A DNA stretch of 64,000 nucleotides from Candidatus Eiseniibacteriota bacterium. GTDB lineage: Bacteria; Eisenbacteria; RBG-16-71-46; DASYSL01. Both the position numbers and the translations under genes were made by a program. The notes beneath the pieces are model-generated. The model made no database searches and was not told where the DNA came from. It saw only the letters and a list, made by a program, of their open reading frames with translations. The stretch covers positions 1-64,000 of the forward strand of contig JANPEF010000106.1 of assembly GCA_031431875.1 (NCBI GenBank), in the 5' to 3' direction. Positions within the stretch are counted from its first letter, which is position 1. Each line of letters opens with the position of its first letter. This document shows, piece after piece, positions 45,988-56,607 of this stretch.

Positions 45988-47259
45988 ATGGCGGAGACGA
46001 TGACGACCACGCACGACGTGAAGGACCTGGGCCTCGCGCCCGCGGGCAAGCTGAAGATCGAGTGGGCGGACCGGCAGATGCCGGTGCTGCGCCAGATCCG
46101 CGCCCGCTTCGAGAAGGAGCAGCCGCTCAAGGGGCTGCGCGTTGCGGCCTGCCTGCACGTGACGGCCGAGACGGCGAACCTGATGCGCACCCTGAAGGCC
46201 GGCGGCGCCGACATCACGCTGTGCGGCTCGAACCCGCTGTCGACCAACGACGAGGTCGCGGCCTCGCTCGTCGTCGACTACGGCATCTCGACCCACGCGA
46301 TCAAGGGCGAGGATCACGACACGTACTACCGTCATATCCAGTCGGCGATCGACAGCAAGCCGCAGGTGACGATGGACGACGGCTGCGACCTGGTGACCGT
46401 GCTGCACACCAAGCGCAAGGACATGCTGGCGGGCGTCATCGGCGGCACCGAGGAGACGACGACCGGCGTCATCCGCCTGCAGGCGATGGCGAAGCAGGGC
46501 GTGCTCGGCTACCCGGTCGTGGCCATCAACGACGCCGACACCAAGCACCTGTTCGACAACCGCTACGGCACCGGCCAGAGCACGCTCGACGGCATCCTGC
46601 GCTGCACCAACATGCTGCTCGCCGGCTCGACCGTCGTCGTGGCCGGCTACGGCTGGTGCGGCCGCGGCGTCGCCATGCGTGCGCGCGGCATGGGTGCGAT
46701 CGTGCTCGTCACCGAGATCGATCCGGTCAAGGCGATCGAGGCGGCGATGGACGGCTTCGAGGTGGTGACCATGGAGAACGCCTCGTCACGCGGCATCCTC
46801 TTCATCACCATGACGGGCAACAAGAACGTGATCCGCGGCGAGCACTTCAAGGCGATGCAGGACGGCGCCGTGGTGTGCAACTCGGGCCACTTCAACGTCG
46901 AGATCGACATTCCCGCGCTGGAAAAGCTGGCGTCGGCCAAGAACGAGACGCGCCCGTTCGTCGAGGAGTTCGTGATCGGCGAGAAGCGCATCTTCCTGCT
47001 CGGCGAGGGCCGGCTGATCAACCTGGCGGCGGCCGAGGGGCACCCGGCCTCGGTGATGGACATGTCGTTCGCCAACCAGTCGCTCTCGGCCGAGTACCTG
47101 GCGAAGAATGCGGCGACCCTGCCCAAGGACGTCTTCACGGTGCCGAAGGAGATCGACGCGCAGGTGGCCCTGCTCAAGCTGGCGGCCATGGGTGTGACGA
47201 TCGACACGCTGACGCCCGAGCAGGTGAAGTACCTGGCCGAGTGGAGCGAGGGAACCTAG
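45988..47259 (+). CDS. ahcY: Adenosylhomocysteinase
   Basis: CLHVTAETA, EETTTG, KHLFDNRYGTGQS, GYGWCGRG, GHP..VMDMSF. Confidence 0.98.
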   Translation: MAETMTTTHDVKDLGLAPAGKLKIEWADRQMPVLRQIRARFEKEQPLKGLRVAACLHVTAETANLMRTLKAGGADITLCGSNPLSTNDEVAASLVVDYGISTHAIKGEDHDTYYRHIQSAIDSKPQVTMDDGCDLVTVLHTKRKDMLAGVIGGTEETTTGVIRLQAMAKQGVLGYPVVAINDADTKHLFDNRYGTGQSTLDGILRCTNMLLAGSTVVVAGYGWCGRGVAMRARGMGAIVLVTEIDPVKAIEAAMDGFEVVTMENASSRGILFITMTGNKNVIRGEHFKAMQDGAVVCNSGHFNVEIDIPALEKLASAKNETRPFVEEFVIGEKRIFLLGEGRLINLAAAEGHPASVMDMSFANQSLSAEYLAKNAATLPKDVFTVPKEIDAQVALLKLAAMGVTIDTLTPEQVKYLAEWSEGT

Positions 47260-47351
47260 GCCGGGTGGCGAAACCGATGCAGGACCGGCGGCCGCGGCGC
47301 ACGCGGTCGTCCGGCTCAAAGGGAACCGAGGCCCCCGCAGGCAGGGATCCC

Positions 47352-49892
47352 ATGAAGATCGAGCTCTCGGAGCGACGCCGGCGGCATGTCGTCGGCGTCC
47401 TCCTCGGCGCCCTCGGGCTCGTCGCACTGGCGAGCCTCGTGACCTACCGTGCACCCGCTCTCGGGTACGCGGCGTGGTCGATGCCCAACGCCAGCGGTCC
47501 GCTCGGCGCGGGGCTCGCGCACGCCCTGGTCGGCACGTTCGGACGCATCGTCGCGTTCGGCACCCCGCTGCTGCTCTTCGCCTGGAGCCTGAACCGGCTG
47601 CGCAATCGCGCGGCCGGGCCGCTCGCGCTCGAGACCGCGTTCGGTGCGGCGATCGCGATCGAGGCGCTGGCGCTGGTCGGCCTGGCCGGCGTGCGCGTCG
47701 GCGCGTGGGCCGGCGGCATCGGCCTCGGTCTCGCGGGCGCCGCGCGCCTCGTGCTCGGCGACATCGGCGGCGCGATCGCGCTGGTCGCCGTGTTCCTCAT
47801 CACCGGATTGGTCGCCTCGGAGATCGGCTTCGGCCTGGTCACCCAGGCTTGGCGCCTGTTCGTCAAGGCGCCGGCGCGTGCCGTGCTCGAGGGGGCGCGC
47901 GAGAAGCACGCCGCCGTGCGCGCCCGTCGCGCCGACGAGGCGGCGCAGGCGGAGTCTGCCGTCGCCGTGCCGGTCGCGACCGCGCTCGCGCCGCCACGCG
48001 CGCGCCATCGTCGCCCGGCCGAGGCGGTCGAGTCCGCGATCGTCGTGCCCGCGGCCGAGGATCTCGTCCCGGTCGCGCCGCGCATCGTCGCACCCCGTCC
48101 GATCACCGAGGGCGACGCGCTCGCCCAGGCCCGCCGCGAGGAGGCCGAGGCGCGCGAGCGCCGGGTGCAGGAGAAGGAGGCGCGCGCGCTCGAGCGCGCC
48201 GCGAAGGCGAACGAGGCCGAGGCGCTGCCGGCACGGGCCAGCGGCGAGATCCCGCTCGCCTCGGACCCGGCCACGCACGCCGAGCTCGCGGTGGACGACG
48301 GTGCGCCCAAGCCCGGCGTCGATCCCGCGGCGCAGCTCACCGCGGGCATGGCCGGGATGTCGGGCGTGAACGTCGCCGCGCAGGCGATGGGGGCCAGGGC
48401 CCGGAATCTCGTGCGCACGCCCGAGATTCCGAAGGTGCCGTACGTGCCGGGCGACCGGCCCGGGCTCGACCTGCTCGAGGATCCGCCGACCGTGATCGAG
48501 GGCCCGAGCGCCGAGGAGCTCACCGCCGAAGCGCAGCTCCTGACCACGCGCATGCTCGACTTCGGGATCACCGGCCGCGTCACCGAGATCCAGCCGGGCC
48601 CCGTCGTCACCATGTTCGAGTTCGAGCCCGCCGCCGGCGTCAAGGTGTCGTCGATCACCAGCCGCGCCGACGACCTCGCGCTGGCCATGCGCGCCCGGCA
48701 GATCCGCATCATCGCGCCCATTCCCGGGAAGGCCGCGGTTGGCATCGAGATCCCGAACCGCAAGCCGCGGACGGTGTATCTCAAGGAGGTGCTCGCGTCC
48801 GACGTCTACAAGGGGGAGAAGGGAGCGCTCAAGATCGTGCTCGGGGTCGACGCGGGCGGCAACTCGTTCGCCTACGACATCGCGAAGATGCCGCACGTTC
48901 TGGTCGCGGGCGCGACCGGAGCGGGGAAGAGCGTGTACTTGAACGTGCTGGTCACCAGCCTCCTCTACGGGCACGGGCCGGACACGCTGCGCTTCGTCAT
49001 GGTCGACCCGAAGATGCTCGAGCTCACCGGCTACAACGGCATCCCGCACCTGCTCATGCCGGTCGTCACCGACGCCAAGAAGGCCGCGCGTGCGCTGCGC
49101 TGGACGGTGGGGGAGATGGAGCGACGCTACAAGCTGCTGGCCGGCACCGGCGCGCGCAACATCGACGGCTTCAACGGCAAGCTGGCCGGCCCCAATCCGC
49201 CGACCGGCGGCGAGGGCGAGAGCCTCGAGCCGCTGCCGTACATCGTGGTTCTGGTCGACGAGCTCGCCGACCTCATGCTCACCGCACCGGTCGACATCGA
49301 GGAGCCGATCGCCCGCCTGGCCCAGATGGCGCGCGCCGTCGGCATTCACCTGGTGCTCGCCACGCAGCGGCCCTCGGTCGACGTCCTGACTGGAGTGATC
49401 AAGGCCAACTTCCCGTCCCGCATCGCATTTCAGGTGGCCTCGAAAGTGGATTCGAGGACCATCCTCGACATGAATGGGGCCGAGGCGCTGCTCGGCCACG
49501 GCGACATGCTGTTCCTCCCGGCCGGCAAGCCCGAGCCCTACCGCGTGCACGCCCCGTGGCTCTCCGAGCCCGAGGCTTCGCGCGTCGCCGACTACTGGAA
49601 GGCGCGCGCGCCCGAACGCCCGGGGCTGTCGATCGAGGACCAGATCGAGGCCGAGGCCGAAGGCTTTGACGGGGACGACGACGAGCTGGTGCCCGAGGCG
49701 GTGCGCCTGGTGATCACCCACCAGCAGGGCTCGACGTCGCTGCTGCAGCGCCGCCTCAAGGTTGGTTACTCGCGGGCGTCGCGCCTCATGGACAAACTCG
49801 AGGCGATGGGTGTCGTCGGGCCATTCATGGGCAGCAAGGCCCGCGACGTGCTGGTCGACGAGACGCAGCTCGAGGAGTTCGAACGCCGATGA
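47352..49892 (+). CDS. ftsK: DNA translocase FtsK
   Basis: N-terminal TMs, PHVLVAGATGAGKS, LATQRPS, gamma domain STSLLQRRLKVGYSRA. Start is 47277 or 47352. Confidence 0.96.
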   Translation: MKIELSERRRRHVVGVLLGALGLVALASLVTYRAPALGYAAWSMPNASGPLGAGLAHALVGTFGRIVAFGTPLLLFAWSLNRLRNRAAGPLALETAFGAAIAIEALALVGLAGVRVGAWAGGIGLGLAGAARLVLGDIGGAIALVAVFLITGLVASEIGFGLVTQAWRLFVKAPARAVLEGAREKHAAVRARRADEAAQAESAVAVPVATALAPPRARHRRPAEAVESAIVVPAAEDLVPVAPRIVAPRPITEGDALAQARREEAEARERRVQEKEARALERAAKANEAEALPARASGEIPLASDPATHAELAVDDGAPKPGVDPAAQLTAGMAGMSGVNVAAQAMGARARNLVRTPEIPKVPYVPGDRPGLDLLEDPPTVIEGPSAEELTAEAQLLTTRMLDFGITGRVTEIQPGPVVTMFEFEPAAGVKVSSITSRADDLALAMRARQIRIIAPIPGKAAVGIEIPNRKPRTVYLKEVLASDVYKGEKGALKIVLGVDAGGNSFAYDIAKMPHVLVAGATGAGKSVYLNVLVTSLLYGHGPDTLRFVMVDPKMLELTGYNGIPHLLMPVVTDAKKAARALRWTVGEMERRYKLLAGTGARNIDGFNGKLAGPNPPTGGEGESLEPLPYIVVLVDELADLMLTAPVDIEEPIARLAQMARAVGIHLVLATQRPSVDVLTGVIKANFPSRIAFQVASKVDSRTILDMNGAEALLGHGDMLFLPAGKPEPYRVHAPWLSEPEASRVADYWKARAPERPGLSIEDQIEAEAEGFDGDDDELVPEAVRLVITHQQGSTSLLQRRLKVGYSRASRLMDKLEAMGVVGPFMGSKARDVLVDETQLEEFERR

Positions 49893-51322
49893 TGCCACTC
49901 GCCCCCAAGCTCGCGTTCGTCACGCTCGGCTGCCCCAAGAACCAGGTCGACTCCGAGGCCATGCTCGGGCTCCTGGCGAAGGACGGCTTCCGCCCGACCG
50001 GCGACGTCAACGACGCCGATCTCGTGGTGGTCAACACCTGCGCCTTCCTCGGCAGCGCCGTCGCGGAGAGCAAGAAGACCATCCAGAAGATCGCCCGGCT
50101 CAAGAAGCGGGGGACGCTTCAGGGCCTCATCGTCGCCGGCTGCTGGGCGCAGCGCGACGGCACGACGATCGCCGACCAGATCCCCGGAGTCGATGCCGTG
50201 CTCGGCACCGGGTCGGTCGAGAAGATCGTCGGCCTGTCGCGCGCCGTGCTCGATCGCGCCGGCGTGCGCGCCGCGGCGCTGAAAACCGCCGGCAGCGCGC
50301 AGGCGCGCCTGCCACGCCAGGGTCCGCTCGACGAAGTGCACGAGCCGGGTGGCGCGCTGGTCGCGCTGCCGCGCGCGCTGTCGACGCCGCGCCACCTCGC
50401 CTACCTCAAGATCAGCGAGGGCTGCGACCACCGCTGCACCTTCTGCATCATCCCGCACCTGCGCGGCGACCAGCGGAGCCGTCCGCTCGACTCGCTCGTC
50501 GCCGAGGCGCGCCTGCTGGCGAAGAACGGCGTCAAGGAACTGGTCCTCATCGGCCAGGACACGACGGCGTACGGCATCGACCTGCCGGCAGCGGGGCGGC
50601 CGCGCCTGTCGACGCTCCTCCAGGCGCTGGTCGAGGTCGACGGGATCGAGTGGATCCGCGTCATGTACACGTATCCGCGCGAGTGGGACGAGGAGCTGAT
50701 GGACACGCTTGGCGGCCACCCCAAGCTGTGCAAGTACGTGGACATGCCGCTGCAGCACATCCACGACGTCATGCTCAAGCGCATGGCGCGGGCCTCGAAT
50801 CGGGCGAAGACCGAGAAGCTGCTGGGCGAGATCCGGCTCCGCATCCCGGGCGTGAGCCTGCGCACCTCGTTCATCGTGGGCTTCCCGGGCGAGACCAAGG
50901 AGCACTACGATACGCTGACGTCGTTCGTGCGCGACATGGAGTTCGACAAGGTGGTCGTGTTCGCCTACGAGCCCGAGCGCGAGGCGCCGTCGTCGTCGTT
51001 CAGCGGTCGTGTGCCCGAGTGGGTGAAGGCGTCACGAAGGGAACGGCTGCTGCTGACACAGCAGGAGATTTCGACGCGCCGGCTGGCCCGCCGCGTCGGG
51101 CGCGTCGAGACCGTGCTGATCGACGGTCCCGCCGCCGAGGGCCGCTGGCTCGCGCGTACGCAGGGGGAGGCGTACGAGGTGGACGGCGGCGTGTTCGTCG
51201 AAGGCAGCGATCTCTCCCCCGGCAGTTTCGTCCGCGTCCGGATCACCGGCGCGAGCGCCTACGACCTCTGGGCTGTCGCCCTCACGCCCGGACCTCTCGC
51301 CCTCCAGGGAGCGTCTCGATGA
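49889..51322 (+). CDS. rimO: Ribosomal protein S12 methylthiotransferase
   Basis: LGCPKNQVDSE, NTCAF, YLKISEGCDHRCTFC, TRAM domain EVDG. Confidence 0.95.
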   Translation: MMPLAPKLAFVTLGCPKNQVDSEAMLGLLAKDGFRPTGDVNDADLVVVNTCAFLGSAVAESKKTIQKIARLKKRGTLQGLIVAGCWAQRDGTTIADQIPGVDAVLGTGSVEKIVGLSRAVLDRAGVRAAALKTAGSAQARLPRQGPLDEVHEPGGALVALPRALSTPRHLAYLKISEGCDHRCTFCIIPHLRGDQRSRPLDSLVAEARLLAKNGVKELVLIGQDTTAYGIDLPAAGRPRLSTLLQALVEVDGIEWIRVMYTYPREWDEELMDTLGGHPKLCKYVDMPLQHIHDVMLKRMARASNRAKTEKLLGEIRLRIPGVSLRTSFIVGFPGETKEHYDTLTSFVRDMEFDKVVVFAYEPEREAPSSSFSGRVPEWVKASRRERLLLTQQEISTRRLARRVGRVETVLIDGPAAEGRWLARTQGEAYEVDGGVFVEGSDLSPGSFVRVRITGASAYDLWAVALTPGPLALQGASR

Positions 51323-52260
51323 TCGTTCCGTTCCGTCGTAACCCGATCCCGCCGGCCCTTGCCGCCCTGCTCGCGCTCGTGCTGCTCGCGCCGCCGGGAG
51401 CGGCGCCGCGTCCGGCGTGTGCGGACGATCGCGCGGTGACGAGGGAGCTGCCGCCGTCGAACACGGCGCTGCTCGCGCGCGCCTCGCGCGCGGCTGCGCA
51501 GCGGCTCGTCGCCGACGTGCCGCTGACGCCGGGCACGCGCATCGGCCTGCGCGCGGAGGGCGAGAGCAAGCTCGACGGCGACATGCGCGAGGCGCTGCTG
51601 CAGGCGTTCAACGCGCGGCAGATCACGTGCGTGCTGCTGGAGCCGGTCGGCGGAGCAAGGGACACGGCCGTGACCTTCGCCGAGCCGGCGGCCGCGGCGG
51701 ACACCCCGCCGCCGCCGGCCGCCGGGGGCAGCCTGGCCGACCTTTCCGCCCGGGCGGCGGCGGCCCAGCAGGCCGGGACGAGTGAGTTCGAGCGGCTGCA
51801 GGCCGAGCGTGAGGCGCAGGCGACGCGCGCCGATTCGATCCGCGCGGCGCGCGGGGCGGGCCATGCGGGCGGGAGCACGGGCGGTCCGGCCGCGTCAGCC
51901 GTGACCGCGCCGCGCGACCTGCCCGTGATCACGTGGCGAGTGCAGGAGGCGCGCGTCGACTACGTGCGCGAATATCGCAACGGCATCTTCGGCTCCCACC
52001 GGGTCGAGCGGCGCGCGCGGGCGGACCTCGCCCTGCGCCTCACGCCGGCCGGCTCGGACGCGGTGGCGTGGAGCGCCGCGGCCGACACCGCGATCGGCGA
52101 CGTCGTTCTCAAGAGCGAGCTCGCGGGGCTCGAGGACCGCACGCGTCCCGAGACGCGTCCCGTGCTGCCGCAGTCGAGCTTCAAGAAGGTGCTCGAGCCG
52201 GTGCTCGTCGTCGTGCTCGTCGCGGGGCTGGTCAGCCTCTTCTACCAGAACCGCCCGTGA
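51319..52260 (+). CDS. Hypothetical exported protein with C-terminal membrane anchor
   Basis: N-terminal hydrophobic signal; C-terminal LEPVLVVVLVAGLVSLFY helix; ATGA/GTGA-coupled to rimO and bamD. Confidence 0.7.
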   Translation: MIVPFRRNPIPPALAALLALVLLAPPGAAPRPACADDRAVTRELPPSNTALLARASRAAAQRLVADVPLTPGTRIGLRAEGESKLDGDMREALLQAFNARQITCVLLEPVGGARDTAVTFAEPAAAADTPPPPAAGGSLADLSARAAAAQQAGTSEFERLQAEREAQATRADSIRAARGAGHAGGSTGGPAASAVTAPRDLPVITWRVQEARVDYVREYRNGIFGSHRVERRARADLALRLTPAGSDAVAWSAAADTAIGDVVLKSELAGLEDRTRPETRPVLPQSSFKKVLEPVLVVVLVAGLVSLFYQNRP

Positions 52261-53096
52261 TCGTCCGCACCCGCCCGCTGCTGCTCGTCGCTGCGCTGCT
52301 CCTGCCGTTGCTCGCGGGTTTCACCGGCTGCGCCGGCGCGGAACGGCCGATCGCTCCGGCTTCGCCGGGGGATCAGCTGCGCATGGCACGCCTGCGCTAC
52401 GACCGCAACGACTACACCGAGGCGATCGAGTTGCTCAACGGCTACGTGCAGTTCCGGGCCGACGCGCCGGACCTCGACGAGGCGCACTTCCTGCTCGGCA
52501 TGAGCCATGTGCAGCAGAAGGCGTGGCCGCTGGCGGCGGGGGAGTTCGTGGTCGTGACCAGCGATCATCCCGACTCGCCGCGCCTGCCCGATGCGCACTA
52601 CTGGCTCGGCGTGTCGTACTGGAAGCAGGCCCGCCCGCCGAAGTACGACCAGGATCCGACGAAGCGCGCGCTCGGCCAGTGGAACCGCTTCCTGCAGCTC
52701 TATCCCGACCACCCGCGCGCCGACGAGGCGCGGGCCATGCAGCAGGAGGGTCGCGACCGGCTCGCCGAGAAGGCGAAGCTGAACGGCGAGCTCTACATCA
52801 CGCTCCACCAGTGGCAGCCGGCGCTCTACTACTTCGACGAGATCCTGCGCGAGTACCCCGAGAGCAAGTGGGCCGAGTGGGCGCTGCTCGGCCGCGGCGA
52901 GGCGTTGGGCGGCATGCGCCGCCAGGACGAGGCGCGCGTCCAGCTCGAGGCCGTGCGCGACAGCGCGAAGGACGCGGCCGTGCGCAAGCGCGCCGAGGAT
53001 CGCCTGAAGAAGTTGCCGTACTCGCCGCCGTCGTCGGCCGGCAGCCCGTTGCCGGCGCCCGCGACGGCCGACTCCGATTCGGGGACGGCGGGGTGA
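52257..53096 (+). CDS. bamD: Outer membrane assembly lipoprotein BamD
   Basis: Lipobox-like FTGC, TPR repeats, YDQ..T..A...F...YP, LAEK, YPES. Confidence 0.85.
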   Translation: MIVRTRPLLLVAALLLPLLAGFTGCAGAERPIAPASPGDQLRMARLRYDRNDYTEAIELLNGYVQFRADAPDLDEAHFLLGMSHVQQKAWPLAAGEFVVVTSDHPDSPRLPDAHYWLGVSYWKQARPPKYDQDPTKRALGQWNRFLQLYPDHPRADEARAMQQEGRDRLAEKAKLNGELYITLHQWQPALYYFDEILREYPESKWAEWALLGRGEALGGMRRQDEARVQLEAVRDSAKDAAVRKRAEDRLKKLPYSPPSSAGSPLPAPATADSDSGTAG

Positions 53097-53725
53097 GCCG
53101 CCGCGCGGCCGGCGGCCTCCGCATCGGCCTCCTCGGCGGCACATTCGATCCGCCGCACGTCGGTCACCTGCTGCTCGCCGAGGCGGCGCGCGAGCAACTG
53201 CGCCTCGACCGCATCCTCTTCGTGCCCGCCCACGTCCCCCCGCACAAGCGCGGCCGCCCGGTGACGCCGGCCCGCACGCGGCGCGCGCTGCTCGCCGCGG
53301 CGTTGCGCGGCACGGGCTTCGGCCTGTCGACGATCGAGCTCGATCGCCCCGGTCCCTCGTACACGGTCGATACTTTGACGTCGCTGGCCCGGGCGCAGCC
53401 CGGGGCGAGACTGTTCTTGCTCATCGGCGCGGACAGTCTCATCGACCTCCCCGAATGGCGCGATCCGGAGCGAATCCTGTCCCTCGCGACGCTTGCCGTT
53501 GCCGTCCGTCCGGGCACGAAGCTCCCAGCCATGGCGCGCGGACCGCTCGCCCGGCATCGCTCTGCAGTCAAGTTCCTCGGCAACGTCCCGGTCGACGTGT
53601 CCTCGACGCAGCTGCGCGCGCGCGTCGCCGCCGGCCGCTCGATCCGCTTCCTCGTGCCCTCGGCGGTCGAGCGCGCGATCGCGCGCCTGGGCCTGTACCG
53701 GCGCACCGGCGGGGGGCGGCCGTGA
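53093..53725 (+). CDS. nadD: Nicotinate-nucleotide adenylyltransferase
   Basis: GGTFDPPHVGH, PPHK, SYTVDTL, IGAD, VSSTQLR. Confidence 0.95.
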   Translation: MSRRAAGGLRIGLLGGTFDPPHVGHLLLAEAAREQLRLDRILFVPAHVPPHKRGRPVTPARTRRALLAAALRGTGFGLSTIELDRPGPSYTVDTLTSLARAQPGARLFLLIGADSLIDLPEWRDPERILSLATLAVAVRPGTKLPAMARGPLARHRSAVKFLGNVPVDVSSTQLRARVAAGRSIRFLVPSAVERAIARLGLYRRTGGGRP

Positions 53726-56607
53726 GCCCGGCAAAGCGCGAGCGGCTGTTCCTGCTCGACGGGCTGGCGCTGGCCTACCGCAGTCACTTCGCGTTCATCC
53801 GCCGGCCGCTCACCAACTCGCGCGGCGAGAACACGAGCGCGGTGTTCGCCTTCGCCAATACGGTCATCAAGCTGCGCGACCAGGAGAAGCCCGAGCACTG
53901 GGCGCTGGCCTGGGACTCGATCCTGCCGACGCGACGCCACGTGAAGTACCCCGACTACAAGGCGCATCGCCCGCCGATGCCCGAGGACCTGGTCTTCCAG
54001 CTGCCGCGCCTCCTCGCGCTGGCCGAGGCGATCGGCCTGCCCAAGATCGAGGTCGCCGGCACCGAGGCCGACGACGTGATGGCGACGCTGACCAGGCGCG
54101 CGGTGGCCGACGGCATGGACGTCGTGCTGGTGACCAACGACAAGGACCTGCAGCAGCTCGTCTCGCCGCACGTCAAGGTGCTCGCCCCCGGTGGTGGCGC
54201 GCGCGAGGACGCGTGGATGGACGAGGCGGCGGTGCAGGCCAAGTGGGGCGTGCCGCCGGGGGGACTCCGCGACGTCCTCGCGCTGATGGGTGACGCCAGC
54301 GACAACGTGCCCGGCGTGCCCGGCGTCGGCGAGAAGACCGCCGTCGAGCTGATCGCCCAGTTCGGTTCGCTCGACCAGGTCTACGCCCGGCTGTCCGAGG
54401 TGAAGAAGGACGGCGTGCGCAAGAAGCTGGCCGAGAATCGCGATGCCGCGTACCTGTCCCAGGAGCTGGTGACCGTCGACGACGACCTCCCCATCGCCGA
54501 GGACTGGAGCACGATGGTGGTGCGCCCGATCGACGGCGCGAAGTTGCGGGCGCTCGCCACCGAACTCGACATCAACCGGCTCAAGAGCTACGCCGACCAG
54601 GCCGATGCCGGCGGGGAGGTGAAGGTATCCCACGCGCGAAGCGCGCAGGCGAGTGTCACGCCGGAGGCAGCCCCGGTCGTCGAAGCCTTCGGCCTCGACG
54701 AGACACAGCTCGGCTTCGGCTTCGACGTGCCGGCCGAGGCCGTCGTGCCGCGCCCCGCGAACATCGCTCCCGCTTCGTGGGAGGAGGGCACGCTGCCTCC
54801 GGCGTACGGGCCGAAGGTGCGCATCCTCACCACCGCCACGGAACTCGATGCGCTGGCGAAGCAGCTGCGCGCACTGCCGCACGGCTTCGTCGTCGACACC
54901 GAGACGACGTCCGAGGACCCGCTGCGTGCCCGGCTGGTCGGCGTCGGCTTCGCCTGGGGCGAGGCGCCCGTGTACGTGCCGCTCGCGCACAACGAGGGGA
55001 CGAACGCACCGCGTGACGCGTTCGACCGGGCGATCGCGCCGCTGCTGGCCGATCCGGCGGTGAAGAAGACCGGACAGAACTTCAAATACGACCAGCTCGT
55101 CTTCCGCACCGAGGGCTACGCCGTCGCGGGGCTCGCCGGCGACACGATGATCGCCTCGTACCTGCTCGATCCCGAGACGCCGCACAACCTCGACTGGCTG
55201 TCGGCCAATCACCTGAGCGTGACCAAGATTCCGACCTCGGCGCTGATCGGCAAGCGCGGCAAGGAACAGCGCACCATGGACCAGGTGCCGATCGAGATCG
55301 TCGCCGCGTACTGCGGCGAGGACGTGCACTGCACGTGGGAACTGGCCGAGCGATTCCAGCCGCAGCTCGAGATCCAGGGCTTCGAGCCGCTGTACAAGGA
55401 CGTCGAGATCCCGCTGTCGAACGTGCTCGCCGCGATGGAGTGGGAGGGCGTCCTGCTCGACGTCGACTTCCTCGCCGTCATGTCAAGGAGGCTGGGCGGG
55501 GAGATCGCCGGGCTCGAGGTGAAGGTGCACGCCGCCGCGGGTCAGGCGTTCAACATCCAGTCGCCGCCCCAGCTCGCCGAGATCCTGTTCAAGAAACTGG
55601 GCCTGCCCGGCGGCAAGAAGACGAAGACCGGCTTCTCGACCGACAGCGACGTGCTCGCGGGCCTCGCGGGCATGCACGACCTGCCGCGCCTCGTCCTCGA
55701 CTACCGCCAGCTCGCCAAGCTCAAGTCGACGTACGTCGACGCGCTGCCCGCGATGGTGCTGCCCCGCGACGGCCGGCTCCACACCAGCTTCGGCCAGACG
55801 ATCGCCGCGACCGGACGGCTGTCGTCGTCCGATCCGAATCTGCAGAACATCCCGTTCCGCACATCGCTGGGCCGCGAGGTCCGCCGCGCGTTCATCGCCC
55901 GCCCCGGGTGGAGGTTCGTCTCGGCCGACTACTCGCAGATCGAGCTGCGGCTCATGGCGCACTTCTCGCGCGACCCCGCGCTGGTCGAGGCGTTCCAGCG
56001 CGGCGAGGACGTGCACGCGCGCACCGCCGAGCGCGTGTTCTCCCTGCCGCCGGGAACGAAACCCACGTCCGAGCAGCGCGGCATGGCGAAGACGGTGAAC
56101 TTCGGGGTGATGTACGGGATGGGCGCACGTGCGCTGGGCCAGCAGCTGGGCATCCCGGTCGCTGAGGCCAGCCGCTTCATCGCCGAGTATTACCGAACGC
56201 ACGAGGGCGTGAAGCGGCACCTCGACTCCATGGTCGCTGCCGCGCGCGAGAAGGGTTACGCCGAGACGATCCTCGGTCGCCGTCGTCGCCTGCCCGCGCT
56301 CACGGCGGGGGAGGGCCGCGCCCGCGCCGACGCCGAGCGCGCCGCGATCAACACGCCGATCCAGGGCTCGGCTGCGGACCTGATCAAGGTCGCGATGATC
56401 CGCCTTGCCCGCGACCTCGAGGTGAAGGGCCTGGAGGCGAAGCTCCTGCTGCAGGTGCACGACGAACTGCTCGTCGAGTGTCCCGAGTCCGAGGTCGATG
56501 CCGCGCAGGCCGCGCTCGTCGAGGCGATGACCAGGGCGATGGACCTCTCCGTGCCACTCGAGGTGCAGGCCGGCGTCGGCGTCAACTGGTTCGAGGTCCA
56601 CGCATGA
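53722..56607 (+). CDS. polA: DNA polymerase I
   Basis: 5'-3' exo (LLDG, EADD, GDASDN), 3'-5' exo (DTET, KYD), polymerase motifs ADYSQIELR, KTVNFG, QVHDE. Confidence 0.98.
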   Translation: MSPAKRERLFLLDGLALAYRSHFAFIRRPLTNSRGENTSAVFAFANTVIKLRDQEKPEHWALAWDSILPTRRHVKYPDYKAHRPPMPEDLVFQLPRLLALAEAIGLPKIEVAGTEADDVMATLTRRAVADGMDVVLVTNDKDLQQLVSPHVKVLAPGGGAREDAWMDEAAVQAKWGVPPGGLRDVLALMGDASDNVPGVPGVGEKTAVELIAQFGSLDQVYARLSEVKKDGVRKKLAENRDAAYLSQELVTVDDDLPIAEDWSTMVVRPIDGAKLRALATELDINRLKSYADQADAGGEVKVSHARSAQASVTPEAAPVVEAFGLDETQLGFGFDVPAEAVVPRPANIAPASWEEGTLPPAYGPKVRILTTATELDALAKQLRALPHGFVVDTETTSEDPLRARLVGVGFAWGEAPVYVPLAHNEGTNAPRDAFDRAIAPLLADPAVKKTGQNFKYDQLVFRTEGYAVAGLAGDTMIASYLLDPETPHNLDWLSANHLSVTKIPTSALIGKRGKEQRTMDQVPIEIVAAYCGEDVHCTWELAERFQPQLEIQGFEPLYKDVEIPLSNVLAAMEWEGVLLDVDFLAVMSRRLGGEIAGLEVKVHAAAGQAFNIQSPPQLAEILFKKLGLPGGKKTKTGFSTDSDVLAGLAGMHDLPRLVLDYRQLAKLKSTYVDALPAMVLPRDGRLHTSFGQTIAATGRLSSSDPNLQNIPFRTSLGREVRRAFIARPGWRFVSADYSQIELRLMAHFSRDPALVEAFQRGEDVHARTAERVFSLPPGTKPTSEQRGMAKTVNFGVMYGMGARALGQQLGIPVAEASRFIAEYYRTHEGVKRHLDSMVAAAREKGYAETILGRRRRLPALTAGEGRARADAERAAINTPIQGSAADLIKVAMIRLARDLEVKGLEAKLLLQVHDELLVECPESEVDAAQAALVEAMTRAMDLSVPLEVQAGVGVNWFEVHA

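Noticed and set aside
46062..49892. Apparent 1276-aa FtsK with a large N-terminal extension
   Set aside because: The extension is an alternative frame over ahcY; real FtsK starts near 47277-47352.
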